Source: Nanopusillaceae archaeon
GTDB taxonomy: Archaea > Nanobdellota > Nanobdellia > Nanobdellales > Nanobdellaceae
DNA: 28,645 bases
Direction: 5' to 3'
Assembly: GCA_038735675.1 (NCBI GenBank)
Contig: JAVYNJ010000005.1
Span: 1 to 28,645, forward strand
Made by a program: the position numbers and the translations under genes. Below are positions 6,589-15,411 of the stretch, one piece after another; the first letter of the stretch is position 1, and every line of letters begins with the position of its first letter. The notes under the pieces were generated by a model. It did no database searches. It was not told where the DNA came from and saw only the letters and a list, made by a program, of their open reading frames with translations.

Positions 6589-7686
6589 ATGATGGAAATG
6601 TATGGATATACTCAAAAAGCAATAGAAGAAGAGATAATTGGTGTAGAACCAGGAGAAGAATTTAAGTTGTTACCTACAATAAAAGTACTTGGTGTTGGTG
6701 GAGCTGGAAGCAATATGGCAGAATGGCTATATAAAATGGAAATTAAAGGTGCAGAAATTATAGCGGCAAATACAGATTATGCTCATTTAAGAATGGTTAA
6801 AGCTCATAAGAAAGTTTTACTTGGAAAAGAGGTAACTCGTGGATTGGGTGCTGGTGGAAATCCAATAATTGGAGTAGATGCTGCAAAATCTTCACAAAGC
6901 GAGTTAAGAAAATTATTAGAAGGTACAGATATGCTCTGGATATTATTAGGACTTGGTGGAGGAACTGGAACAGGTGCAGCACCAGTGATTGCAAAAATTG
7001 CAAAAGAAGTTGGAATACCATTAGTAGTTGCTGTAGCAACACTACCTTTTGCATCTGAAGGAAAAGTAAGGATGGAAAAGGCAGAGATGGGATTAATAGA
7101 ATTAAGAAAATACTGTGATAATGTAATTTTGATAGACAACAATAAAATACTTCAATATGCTGGTAATTTACCATTGCAACAAGCATTTGGATTTGCAAAT
7201 AATATAATAGGACATATGATTAAAGGTATAGTAGAAACAATTGCTACTCCATCATATATAAACTTAGATTTTGCAGATGTAAAAACAGTGTTATCTGTTG
7301 GCGGTGGAGCATCAATTGTAGGAATAGGAATATCTGATCAATCTGAAAACAGAGCAGAAACAGCAGCTAAAAGAGCTTTGGAATTGCCTTTGTTAGATGT
7401 AGATTATAATGGAGCTTCAGGTGCTTTAATACATGTAGAAGGAGGAGCAGATTTAAGATTAGATGAAGTAAATTCAGTTGCACAATATGTACAAAAATAT
7501 TTGGGAGAAGATGCTTTAACAATTATGGGTGCTAGAATAACAGAATCTATGAAAGGAAAACTTAGAGCTACTGTTATTATATCTGGAGTAAAAAGCCCAT
7601 ATGTGTTATCAAAATGGAAGGCAGAAATAATTGAAGGAAAAGTTGTAGCTAATAAAGAATTAGGAATCGATTTCTTACTTTATTAA
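6589..7686 (+). CDS. ftsZ: Cell division GTPase FtsZ
   Basis: Contains VLGVGGAGSN and the tubulin signature GLGGGTGTGAAPVIA, plus NxDFAD (NLDFADV). The start could be any of the first Met codons (MMEM). Confidence 0.92.
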   Translation: MMEMYGYTQKAIEEEIIGVEPGEEFKLLPTIKVLGVGGAGSNMAEWLYKMEIKGAEIIAANTDYAHLRMVKAHKKVLLGKEVTRGLGAGGNPIIGVDAAKSSQSELRKLLEGTDMLWILLGLGGGTGTGAAPVIAKIAKEVGIPLVVAVATLPFASEGKVRMEKAEMGLIELRKYCDNVILIDNNKILQYAGNLPLQQAFGFANNIIGHMIKGIVETIATPSYINLDFADVKTVLSVGGGASIVGIGISDQSENRAETAAKRALELPLLDVDYNGASGALIHVEGGADLRLDEVNSVAQYVQKYLGEDALTIMGARITESMKGKLRATVIISGVKSPYVLSKWKAEIIEGKVVANKELGIDFLLY

Positions 7687-7716
7687 ATTTAAAATTTTTT
7701 AAATATTTTTTTCTTA

Positions 7717-9411
7717 ATGAAGTTTGACTTATTAGCACAAACTTTTAAAAAATTAGAATTAACTTCTGAAAAAACAGGAAAAATAAACATATTATCAAAT
7801 TTTATAAAAAACTTACCTAGTGATAGTTTAAAGGAGACCTTAATGTTAATTCTTGGAACCGTCTTCTATCCATGGGAGGAAAGAAAATTAGGATTAGCAG
7901 AAAAATTAATTATCCGTGCTTTATCTGGAATTTCTGGAATAAGTAAGGAAAAAATAGAAGAAATGTTTGTAAAATATGGAGATCTAGGAATTGTAGCAGA
8001 AAAGTTGTCTATTAATAAAAAACAAAAAGTTATATTTAAAAAAGACCTTTCTATAAGAGAAGTTTATGAAACTTTCAGAGAAATAGGTAAATTAGAAGGT
8101 GAAGGAGCTATAGATAAGAAAGTAAGATTGTTATCTAATTTATTAATGCACGCTAATCCTTTAGAAGCGAAATATATTGTTAGATTGGCATTAGAAGATC
8201 TAAAAATTGGTGTTGGAGAGGGAATTATAATAGAATCTATTGCAAAAGCTTATGGATTAAATTCGGAAGGGGTAGAAATGTTATATTCTATTTATAATGA
8301 TTTTGGAGAAGTTATAGAAATTATTAGAAATGAAGGAAAAAACATATTTAATAAGTTATCTCCAATAGTTGGAAGGCCGATGAGAGTTATGCTAGCTGTA
8401 AAAGCTGAAAGCATAGATGAAGCATTTAGTATTGTAGGAAGACCAGCGATTATAGAAGCGAAATATGATGGATTTAGAGTTCAGATACATAATGATACAA
8501 AAAATATTCTTTTGTGGACTAGAAGATTAGAAAATGTTACTAAACAGTTTCCAGATGTTATTTCTTTTGTATCAGAATGTTTGCCGATTGATAAATCATT
8601 TATAATTGAAGCAGAAATAGTTGGATATGATAGAGAAAATAAAAAATATCTTCCATTTCAAAAAATATCGCAAAGAATTAAAAGAAAATATGATATCGAA
8701 AAAATGGTAAAGGAAATTCCGGTAGAATTAAGAATTTTTGATATAATTTATTATAATGGGGATAGTTTGATAAATAAGGCTTTTAAAGAAAGAAGAGAAA
8801 TTTTAGAAAGGATTGTAAATCCAAAAGAGGGAAAAGCATCTTTATCTGAGGCAATATTAACATTTTCTAATTTTGAAGCTAAAGAATTTTTTGATAATTC
8901 TATTAAAAAAGGATTAGAGGGAGTGATGTTTAAAAATATAAACGCACCGTATCATCCTGGAAGAAGAGTTGGATATATGGTTAAGTTGAAGCCAGTAAAA
9001 GAAAGCTTAGATGTAGTAATTGTTGGAGCAGAATGGGGAGAAGGTAAAAGAAGCGGATGGTTGACTTCTTATATAATTGCAGTTAGAGATGAAGAAACAG
9101 GAGAACTTTTAGAAGTGGGAGAGGTTGGAAGTGGATTTAAGGAAAAAAAGGAAAGTCCAGAAGATATTACATTTGAAGATATGACAAATTTATTAAAGAA
9201 TTTAATAATAAAATCTGAGGGAAAAGTAGTTATTGTTAAACCAGAGATAGTAATAGAAGTTACTTATGATGAAATACAAAAAAGTCCAAAATATTCTTCT
9301 GGATATGCGCTAAGATTTCCAAGATTTGTTAGATTAAGACCTGATAAATCTGTTAATGAAATTGATACATTAAGTAGATTAGAAGAATTGTATGAGAGAC
9401 AAAAAGGATAA
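7717..9411 (+). CDS. lig: ATP-dependent DNA ligase
   Basis: 564 aa. It has adenylation motif I EAKYDGFRVQIH (KxDG), motif EGVMFK, and the C-terminal OB-domain motif LRFPRFVRLRPDK. Confidence 0.92.
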   Translation: MKFDLLAQTFKKLELTSEKTGKINILSNFIKNLPSDSLKETLMLILGTVFYPWEERKLGLAEKLIIRALSGISGISKEKIEEMFVKYGDLGIVAEKLSINKKQKVIFKKDLSIREVYETFREIGKLEGEGAIDKKVRLLSNLLMHANPLEAKYIVRLALEDLKIGVGEGIIIESIAKAYGLNSEGVEMLYSIYNDFGEVIEIIRNEGKNIFNKLSPIVGRPMRVMLAVKAESIDEAFSIVGRPAIIEAKYDGFRVQIHNDTKNILLWTRRLENVTKQFPDVISFVSECLPIDKSFIIEAEIVGYDRENKKYLPFQKISQRIKRKYDIEKMVKEIPVELRIFDIIYYNGDSLINKAFKERREILERIVNPKEGKASLSEAILTFSNFEAKEFFDNSIKKGLEGVMFKNINAPYHPGRRVGYMVKLKPVKESLDVVIVGAEWGEGKRSGWLTSYIIAVRDEETGELLEVGEVGSGFKEKKESPEDITFEDMTNLLKNLIIKSEGKVVIVKPEIVIEVTYDEIQKSPKYSSGYALRFPRFVRLRPDKSVNEIDTLSRLEELYERQKG

Positions 9412-9452
9412 GTAAAAAAATTTATATAAATTTTTTATATATTATATACAAC

Positions 9453-10283
9453 ATGGTAATAAATGAAGAATTAGTTTCTAAAATTAAAGCAATTTTTGGT
9501 TTAAATACTTATGAAGCTAAAATATGGTTAGCTCTTCTTGCTAAAGGAAATGCTACAGCAAGTGAGTTGGCAGATCTTGCTGATATTCCTAGATCTAGGG
9601 CATACGATATTTTAGAATCTTTGGAGAAAAAAGGATTTACAATCATGAAATTAGGAAAACCCATTCGTTATATGGCTGTTCCCCCAAGTGATGTTATTGA
9701 AAGATTAAAAAGAAGATACGAAGATCTTTATATTACAAAAATTAAAAATTTAGATGGAATTAAAAATTCAGATATATTAAAACAATTACAGGAAATATTT
9801 GAAAGAGGAGTAGTTAGCCTAGATATTTCCGAAAAATCAGGTACTTTAAGAGGATATCAAAATATAATTAGTCATATTGAGAGCATGATAAAAAGTGCAG
9901 AAGAAAGAGTGAATATAATTTCAACAGAAATGTTTTTTGTTAGACAAACTATGACTCTTAAACCAGTTTTTATGGGATTAAAAGATAGAGGAGTAAATGT
10001 AAATATAATAGTCCCTATAAAGGAAGAAAATGCAAAATTTGTTAAAGAAATGTTAAATTATGCTAGGATATATGATGCTGGAGATTTAAGAGGAAGGTTA
10101 ATAACAGTAGATTCTGAAGAAATAATGATTATGCTATTTGATGAAAAAGAAGTTCATAGTGTTGCAGATGTTGGAGTTTGGTTATATGCCCCAGCATTTG
10201 CAAAAACAATTGATAAAATTATTGAAGATATGCTACCAAAGCTTAAGCCAGCAGAAAAAGTATTAGAAGAACTAAAGCTTTAA
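9453..10283 (+). CDS. TrmB-family transcriptional regulator
   Basis: The N-terminal wHTH LNTYEAKIWLALLAKGNATASELADLADIPRSRAYDILESLEKKGF is typical of TrmB. The C-terminal effector-like domain is about 170 aa. Confidence 0.8.
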   Translation: MVINEELVSKIKAIFGLNTYEAKIWLALLAKGNATASELADLADIPRSRAYDILESLEKKGFTIMKLGKPIRYMAVPPSDVIERLKRRYEDLYITKIKNLDGIKNSDILKQLQEIFERGVVSLDISEKSGTLRGYQNIISHIESMIKSAEERVNIISTEMFFVRQTMTLKPVFMGLKDRGVNVNIIVPIKEENAKFVKEMLNYARIYDAGDLRGRLITVDSEEIMIMLFDEKEVHSVADVGVWLYAPAFAKTIDKIIEDMLPKLKPAEKVLEELKL

Positions 10284-10871
10284 ATTTTTTATTTCTTTTA
10301 GCAAATTATCAATAGTATTTATTAAGGGATATAAAGAAGGTTTATATATTTTATTTCCCCATTCTTCATAAAATACAACTTCTGAAAGCTTTTTTCTTTC
10401 TGGAGGTTTAGGATTTTCTTTTGGAACACCAACAGTAATTAGAGCATGTATGCTAATTTCTTTAGGGATTTTTAACAATTCTTTTATTTTGTTTTCATCA
10501 AAAGCACCAATCCAACAAGTACCTAAATTTTTTTCAGTAGCTAGAAGTAAAATATTTTCTATTGCAGCTGCAGTATTTTGTATTGCATACATTTTTCCTC
10601 TTTCACCGTAAATACTCTCAACTATTTTATCATTAGAACACACAACAATTATTACAGGAGAATTTTTTATAAATTCCTGATCTGCAAATTCTGCTATTTT
10701 TTTTATTTTATCTTTATTTTTTATTACAATAAAATACCAATTTTGTAAATTTCCTGATGATGGAGCCCAGATTGCAGCTTCGAGCAATTCATTAATATCT
10801 TCATAAGAAATATCCACATTTTCATATTTTCTTATACTTCTTCTTTGTTTTATCAAATCTATTAATCCCAT
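10272..10871 (-). CDS. Nitroreductase-family flavoprotein
   Basis: Contains IKQRRSIRKY, AIWAPSSGNLQNW and CWIGAF, which are motifs of the nitroreductase/NADH oxidase fold. Confidence 0.8.
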   Translation of the reverse strand: MGLIDLIKQRRSIRKYENVDISYEDINELLEAAIWAPSSGNLQNWYFIVIKNKDKIKKIAEFADQEFIKNSPVIIVVCSNDKIVESIYGERGKMYAIQNTAAAIENILLLATEKNLGTCWIGAFDENKIKELLKIPKEISIHALITVGVPKENPKPPERKKLSEVVFYEEWGNKIYKPSLYPLINTIDNLLKEIKNLKL

Positions 10872-10875
10872 TAAA

Positions 10876-11193
10876 TTATAATTTAGACCATAGGATTAAA
10901 GGATTATATATTAGCAAGAGTATTAATATTAAAGGATTTAAATTTATTAAATAAAATAGACAATTTGTAATAATATTAAAAATAAGCAAGATTTTCTTTT
11001 TATAAATAAATTCATATAGTAGAAGAAATATTAATGCTGGAAGTAAATAAATATTAATAAGAAACAGCAAAATTTGTATAGCAATAATTAAATTATTAAT
11101 TATCTTTTTTTCTTTTTTATTTAATTCAATTTTGCTTTTATATAATAGAGATAGAACGATGTTTATAGTGATTATAACAATTTCTGCTAACAT
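10876..11193 (-). CDS. Hypothetical small integral membrane protein
   Basis: 105 aa with three or four hydrophobic helices. It is the only ORF covering this interval in a gene-dense context, and there is no homology clue. Confidence 0.4.
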   Translation of the reverse strand: MLAEIVIITINIVLSLLYKSKIELNKKEKKIINNLIIAIQILLFLINIYLLPALIFLLLYEFIYKKKILLIFNIITNCLFYLINLNPLILILLLIYNPLILWSKL

Positions 11194-11204
11194 ATATAAA
11201 TAAT

Positions 11205-12284
11205 ATGAAAGACTTTTATAATCTTGTATTAATTATAGAAAAAGGATTTGAAGAAGCATGTATAAAAGAATTTGAAGGAATAATTGGTAGGAAGCTAGAT
11301 TTTGATTTAATTAAATTAAAAAAAATGTCAATGGTTATTTTAAAAAAGATAAAGTTTGAAGAAGCCATAAAATTATCTTATGTTTCGAGGGTTATACACG
11401 ATTCTCTAATTTTATTAGCATTCGAAAACATAGAAAAGTTAGAACAAGCTTTAAATAATTTAGAAATTCCTTTTGAATTTTCTAAAATAAAAATAAAACT
11501 AATAAAAGATAGCAAAAGATATGGAAATAAATTGTCCAAACTTATATATAAGAAAATAATAAATAAGATTCCTAGAAAAGGAGAAACTGAATTATTTTTA
11601 AAAGGATATGTAGTTGACAATAAGTTTATTATTGGAATTTCGTTTTCCGATTCAATAGGAAAAAGAGGATATAAAATAGTTGAGTATAAAGAAAGCATAA
11701 ACCCAGTTTCGATAAGTACTTTTTTAAATTATCTAAACATTTCAGAAGAAGAAATTTTAATTATATATTCAAAGGATGGAACAATTCCTATAGAAATTGG
11801 AATTATATTCAGAAATATTCCGGCTAGTTTTTGGTCTAAAAAAAGTTTTTATCTCCTTAACGATTTAGATTATTTAGTCAAACTTGATGAAAAATTTATA
11901 AAAAAATCTAAAAACAAAATATATTCTGTAGACAATTTTTCTAAAAATATTTTAGTTTCAAGAAGAAATGCGATAAATGCTATGGTAAAAGAAATAATAT
12001 TTTTTAAAAGGGCAGACCCAGAATACTTAGATTTGATAATTAATAGAAAATTTAATTTGATTTTAATAGATTTATATAAACAAACAAAAGCAAATATTAA
12101 TAGTATTGTATATTCTTCTAGTAATTTACTTGAAGATGAAGGAAAAATAGTAATAATATCTGATAAAGATCTATTAGATCAAGTAGAAAATATATCTAAA
12201 AAATTAAATTTAAAAATTTCAGATATTAAAGAATCAGTATATTTAAATGATGTAAAAAGATTTTATATTTTAAGAAAAAAATAG
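11205..12284 (+). CDS. THUMP-methyltransferase-like protein with degenerate SAM-binding motifs
   Basis: The N-terminal ferredoxin-like/THUMP pattern is followed by GKRGYKIVEYKESINPVSISTFLNYL...LIIYSKDGTIPIEIGI. This aligns by eye with KRGYR...APL...LLDPFCGSGTILIEAA of Trm14/RlmL-type enzymes. Motif I (DPFCGSGT) is replaced by YSKDGT, and motif IV (D/NPPY) by IDLY. Confidence 0.45.
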   Translation: MKDFYNLVLIIEKGFEEACIKEFEGIIGRKLDFDLIKLKKMSMVILKKIKFEEAIKLSYVSRVIHDSLILLAFENIEKLEQALNNLEIPFEFSKIKIKLIKDSKRYGNKLSKLIYKKIINKIPRKGETELFLKGYVVDNKFIIGISFSDSIGKRGYKIVEYKESINPVSISTFLNYLNISEEEILIIYSKDGTIPIEIGIIFRNIPASFWSKKSFYLLNDLDYLVKLDEKFIKKSKNKIYSVDNFSKNILVSRRNAINAMVKEIIFFKRADPEYLDLIINRKFNLILIDLYKQTKANINSIVYSSSNLLEDEGKIVIISDKDLLDQVENISKKLNLKISDIKESVYLNDVKRFYILRKK

Positions 12285-12317
12285 TTTTAAAAGAATTTTT
12301 TATGTAAAGTTCATAAT

Positions 12318-12491
12318 ATGAAATTAGAAGATATTGCTAAAACTAGCTCATCTAAAAAATTAATAATATCGGATGTTACTGTTAAATTTAAATGTCCAAA
12401 TTGTGGACAAGGAACAATAGTAAGAAGTAATAAAGAAAGATTACTGTGTTTAGAGTGGATATGTCCTGTCTGTGGATACAAGGGACCATAA
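12318..12491 (+). CDS. Zn-ribbon protein (COG2888-like) conserved upstream of aEF-1beta
   Basis: Not in the ORF track (57 aa): MKLEDIAKTSSSKKLIISDVTVKFKCPNCGQGTIVRSNKERLLCLEWICPVCGYKGP. It has two CxxC pairs, and its stop lies 1 nt before the aEF-1beta ATG. Confidence 0.7.
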   Translation: MKLEDIAKTSSSKKLIISDVTVKFKCPNCGQGTIVRSNKERLLCLEWICPVCGYKGP

Positions 12492-12492
12492 A

Positions 12493-12768
12493 ATGGGGGT
12501 AGTTATAATAACACTTAAAATATTGCCGGATTCTCCAGAAAGAAATCCAGTAGATTTTTTGGATAAAGTAAAAGCAATAATAGAAAAGTTTGGGGGGAAA
12601 TATTTACAACATGATATAAAACCACTTGTATTTGGTTTAAAATCTTTAGAAGTAAAATTTTCATATCCTGACAAAGAATTTGGAGAAGAAGAATTTCTAA
12701 ATGAAATAAATAAAATAGAAGGGGTAAGTACAGCAGAAATAATAAATGTTACTTTATCATCTTTATGA
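12493..12768 (+). CDS. Translation elongation factor aEF-1 beta
   Basis: MGVVIITLKILPDSPERN...PLVFGLKSLEVKF...IEGVSTAEIINV matches the ~90-aa archaeal EF-1beta. The start is moved from 12472 to the ATG at 12493. Confidence 0.88.
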   Translation: MGVVIITLKILPDSPERNPVDFLDKVKAIIEKFGGKYLQHDIKPLVFGLKSLEVKFSYPDKEFGEEEFLNEINKIEGVSTAEIINVTLSSL

Positions 12769-14669
12769 ATTATCTAAAAAATTTTAATGAATTAAATTTC
12801 GAGTTAATAAAAAAAGAAATAGAAGAAAATAGAAAAGAAGTCAAAAATATATTAGAAGGAAAGATAGTTAAAGAAAAAAAAGAACTTTTAAAAACAATTT
12901 TATTTATTGTAGAATCTCCAAACAAAGCAAAGACAATTTCTAACTTTTTTGGAAGACCTTCTATTAGAATAATAAACAAAATACCCTTTTATGAAGTATC
13001 TACTGGAAATAAACAAATATTGATTGCTTCTACAAAAGGACACATTTTAGACTTAACAATAGAAAATGTTGGCTTTTTTGGAATATTGATTGGAGAAAAA
13101 ATAGTACCTATCTATAATACAATTAAAAAATGTTTAAATTGTGGAAAACAGTTTACTGAATATCTAGGAGAAGAACAGAGGTGTCCATATTGTGGTGGAA
13201 CGGAAATTGATGATTCTATAAATAGAATAAAAGCTTTACAGGAAATAGCTCAAGAAGTTGATGAAATACTAATTGGAACAGATCCGGATTATGAAGGAGA
13301 AGCGATAGCTTTTTTTGTATATCTTTTATTAAAGCCATTTAATAAAAATATAAAAAGGGTAGAGTTTCATGAAATAACTAAAACCGCTATTTTGAATGCA
13401 ATAGAAAATCCAAGAGAAATTAATATAAATATGGTCAAAGCTCAAATAGTTAGAAGGGTAGAAGATAGATGGTTAGGCTTTTCTTTATCTCAAATAGTTC
13501 AAGAGAGTTTTAATAAAAAGTGGTTATCTGCTGGAAGAGTTCAAACTCCTGTTTTGGGCTGGGTAATAGATAGGTATTTTGAAAGATTAAATTCAAAATG
13601 CTTTATGTTAATCTTAACTTTAGAAGATGGGAGAAAACTAAATATATTGACAGACATAAAAGATAGGCAAGAAATAAAAAAAATAAAGGAAAATTTGATA
13701 GGAAAAGAAGTAATAATAAAGGAATATTTAGAAAAAGAAGAAGAATACAACCCATTACCTCCACTAATAACTAGCACTATGCTAAATTTGGCAAGTAGAA
13801 TATTAAAAATAAGTGTAGATAGAATAATGAAAATAGCTCAGGATTTATTTGAATTAGGACTAATAACTTATCATAGAACAGATTCTACAAGAGTTTCTAA
13901 TGTTGGGTTACAGATTGCTAGAGATTATATATCAGAAAAGTTCGGTTTGGAGTATTTTAGAGGAAGGAACTGGGGTGAGGGTGGAGCCCATGAAGCCATA
14001 AGACCTACAAGACCAATAGATGTAAATAAACTTAAAGAAATGGTAGAAAACGGAGAACTAGAATTATTTATGGAGTTATCGTCGTATCATTATGCATTGT
14101 ATGATATTATTTTTAAAAGATTTATTCAATCTCAGATGGTTCCTGTTGTTGTTAAGAAATTTGAGCAGACAATTTATATACCTGAAATTAATAAAGAAAT
14201 AAAAATAGAAGGAGTTTTAGATATTTTAAGACATGGTTGGAATCTAATAGATCCTTTTAATCTAAATATTAATAAAAATAAACCTATTGAAAAAACAAAA
14301 ATAAAACAAATAAAATATAAAATATCTTATAAATATAAATTATATACACAGGCAGATATAATTGATATGATGAGAGAAAGAAATATTGGAAGACCATCTA
14401 CATACGCAACGATAATTTCTAAATTAATAGAAAGAAAATACGTTATAAATAAAAATAATTATCTGATTCCATTAAATTTGGGAATAAAAGTATATAATTT
14501 TCTTAAAGAAAATTTTCAAGAACATGTATCTGAGGAAAAAACAAGAATACTAGAGAATAAAATGAAAATTTTAGAAGAAGGCAAAGAAGATTATTACAAA
14601 TTGTTATCAGATCTATATAAGGAGACTCTGGAAATAATTGAAAAGTGGAGATCCAAAAATAAACAATAA
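12765..14669 (+). CDS. rgy: Reverse gyrase, topoisomerase (type IA) subunit only; split reverse gyrase
   Basis: Contains Toprim ILFIVESPNKAKTI, Zn ribbon CLNCG...CPYCGG, DPDYEGEAIA, and active-site Tyr ITYHRTDSTRVS. There is no helicase half. The gene overlaps aEF-1beta by ATGA. Confidence 0.88.
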   Translation: MNYLKNFNELNFELIKKEIEENRKEVKNILEGKIVKEKKELLKTILFIVESPNKAKTISNFFGRPSIRIINKIPFYEVSTGNKQILIASTKGHILDLTIENVGFFGILIGEKIVPIYNTIKKCLNCGKQFTEYLGEEQRCPYCGGTEIDDSINRIKALQEIAQEVDEILIGTDPDYEGEAIAFFVYLLLKPFNKNIKRVEFHEITKTAILNAIENPREININMVKAQIVRRVEDRWLGFSLSQIVQESFNKKWLSAGRVQTPVLGWVIDRYFERLNSKCFMLILTLEDGRKLNILTDIKDRQEIKKIKENLIGKEVIIKEYLEKEEEYNPLPPLITSTMLNLASRILKISVDRIMKIAQDLFELGLITYHRTDSTRVSNVGLQIARDYISEKFGLEYFRGRNWGEGGAHEAIRPTRPIDVNKLKEMVENGELELFMELSSYHYALYDIIFKRFIQSQMVPVVVKKFEQTIYIPEINKEIKIEGVLDILRHGWNLIDPFNLNINKNKPIEKTKIKQIKYKISYKYKLYTQADIIDMMRERNIGRPSTYATIISKLIERKYVINKNNYLIPLNLGIKVYNFLKENFQEHVSEEKTRILENKMKILEEGKEDYYKLLSDLYKETLEIIEKWRSKNKQ

Positions 14670-14697
14670 CTTTAAATATTAGATAATACAAAAAATA

Positions 14698-14889
14698 TTG
14701 ATGGTAATTAGACATATAAAAGTTGGAGATGTATATGAAGTTGAAGTGAGAAGTTTAACTTCTAGAGGAGATGGATTTGCTAAAATTAAAGGCGTTGCAG
14801 TTTTTATAAAGAATGTTAATGTTGGATGGAAAGGAAATGTAAAAATTATTAGGGTTGGTCCTACTTATGCTATAGCTGAACCAATCTAA
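14698..14889 (+). CDS. TRAM-domain RNA-binding protein
   Basis: 63 aa. VGDVYEVEVRSLTSRGDGFAKIKGVAVFIKNVNVGWKGNVKIIRV shows a stand-alone TRAM fold pattern. Confidence 0.8.
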   Translation: MMVIRHIKVGDVYEVEVRSLTSRGDGFAKIKGVAVFIKNVNVGWKGNVKIIRVGPTYAIAEPI

Positions 14890-14931
14890 AAAGTTAAACT
14901 TATATTTTTTTCTTTAATTTTTTAAGAATAA

Positions 14932-14948
14932 ATGACGAATCATGATGA
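14932..14948 (+). promoter_or_regulatory. K-loop-like element (AUGA-N6-AUGAUGA) covering the rpl7ae start codon
   Basis: A D'-like AUGA (14932-14935), a 6-nt spacer, then the C'-like AUGAUGA (14942-14948), which contains both candidate start codons. This is a hypothetical L7Ae autoregulatory site. Confidence 0.3.
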
Positions 14949-15334
14949 CCCCCCCATATGTCAAATGGCCGGAAGACGTATTAAAAACATTTCTACAAAA
15001 CTATGAGGAAAAAGTGTATAAAATATTTGAGTTAGCAAGACAAACAGGAAAAATAAAGAAAGGAACAAACGAAACAACAAAGGCAGTAGATAGAGGACAA
15101 GCAAAACTAGTAGCAATAGCTTTAGATGTAGATCCTCCGGAAATAGTTATGCACTTACCAGCTTTATGTGAGGAAAAAGGAGTCCCGTATGTTTTTGTAT
15201 CCTCAAAGCATAGATTGGGAAATTCTTGCGGTATTCAGGTTCAAGCAGCATCAGCAGCAGTGATAGAACCAGGAGAGGCAAATCAATTAATAAAGGAAAT
15301 AGTTGAAGTTTTAAAACAGCTAATAAAAAAGTAA
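14942..15334 (+). CDS. rpl7ae: 50S ribosomal protein L7Ae (K-turn binding; sRNP component)
   Basis: [47 protein letters not shown] is a near-consensus L7Ae core. Confidence 0.92.
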   Translation: MMTPPYVKWPEDVLKTFLQNYEEKVYKIFELARQTGKIKKGTNETTKAVDRGQAKLVAIALDVDPPEIVMHLPALCEEKGVPYVFVSSKHRLGNSCGIQVQAASAAVIEPGEANQLIKEIVEVLKQLIKK

Positions 15335-15411
15335 TATTTTTAAGGCTTTTCTTTTTAATTTTTTGGTTATAGTGATAGATATTTAAAAATTTTAAATTAG
15401 AAATGTAATTT

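Noticed and set aside
6797-7198. Two minus-strand ORFs (6797-7198 and 6804-7142) inside ftsZ
   Set aside because: They are antisense shadow ORFs within a confidently identified gene. Their translations are low-complexity (L/Q/F-rich or Pro/Ala runs mirroring the Gly-rich FtsZ motifs).
12472-12492. Upstream ATG start for aEF-1beta
   Set aside because: It would overlap the Zn-ribbon gene. The conserved aEF-1beta N-terminus (MGVV...) starts at 12493.
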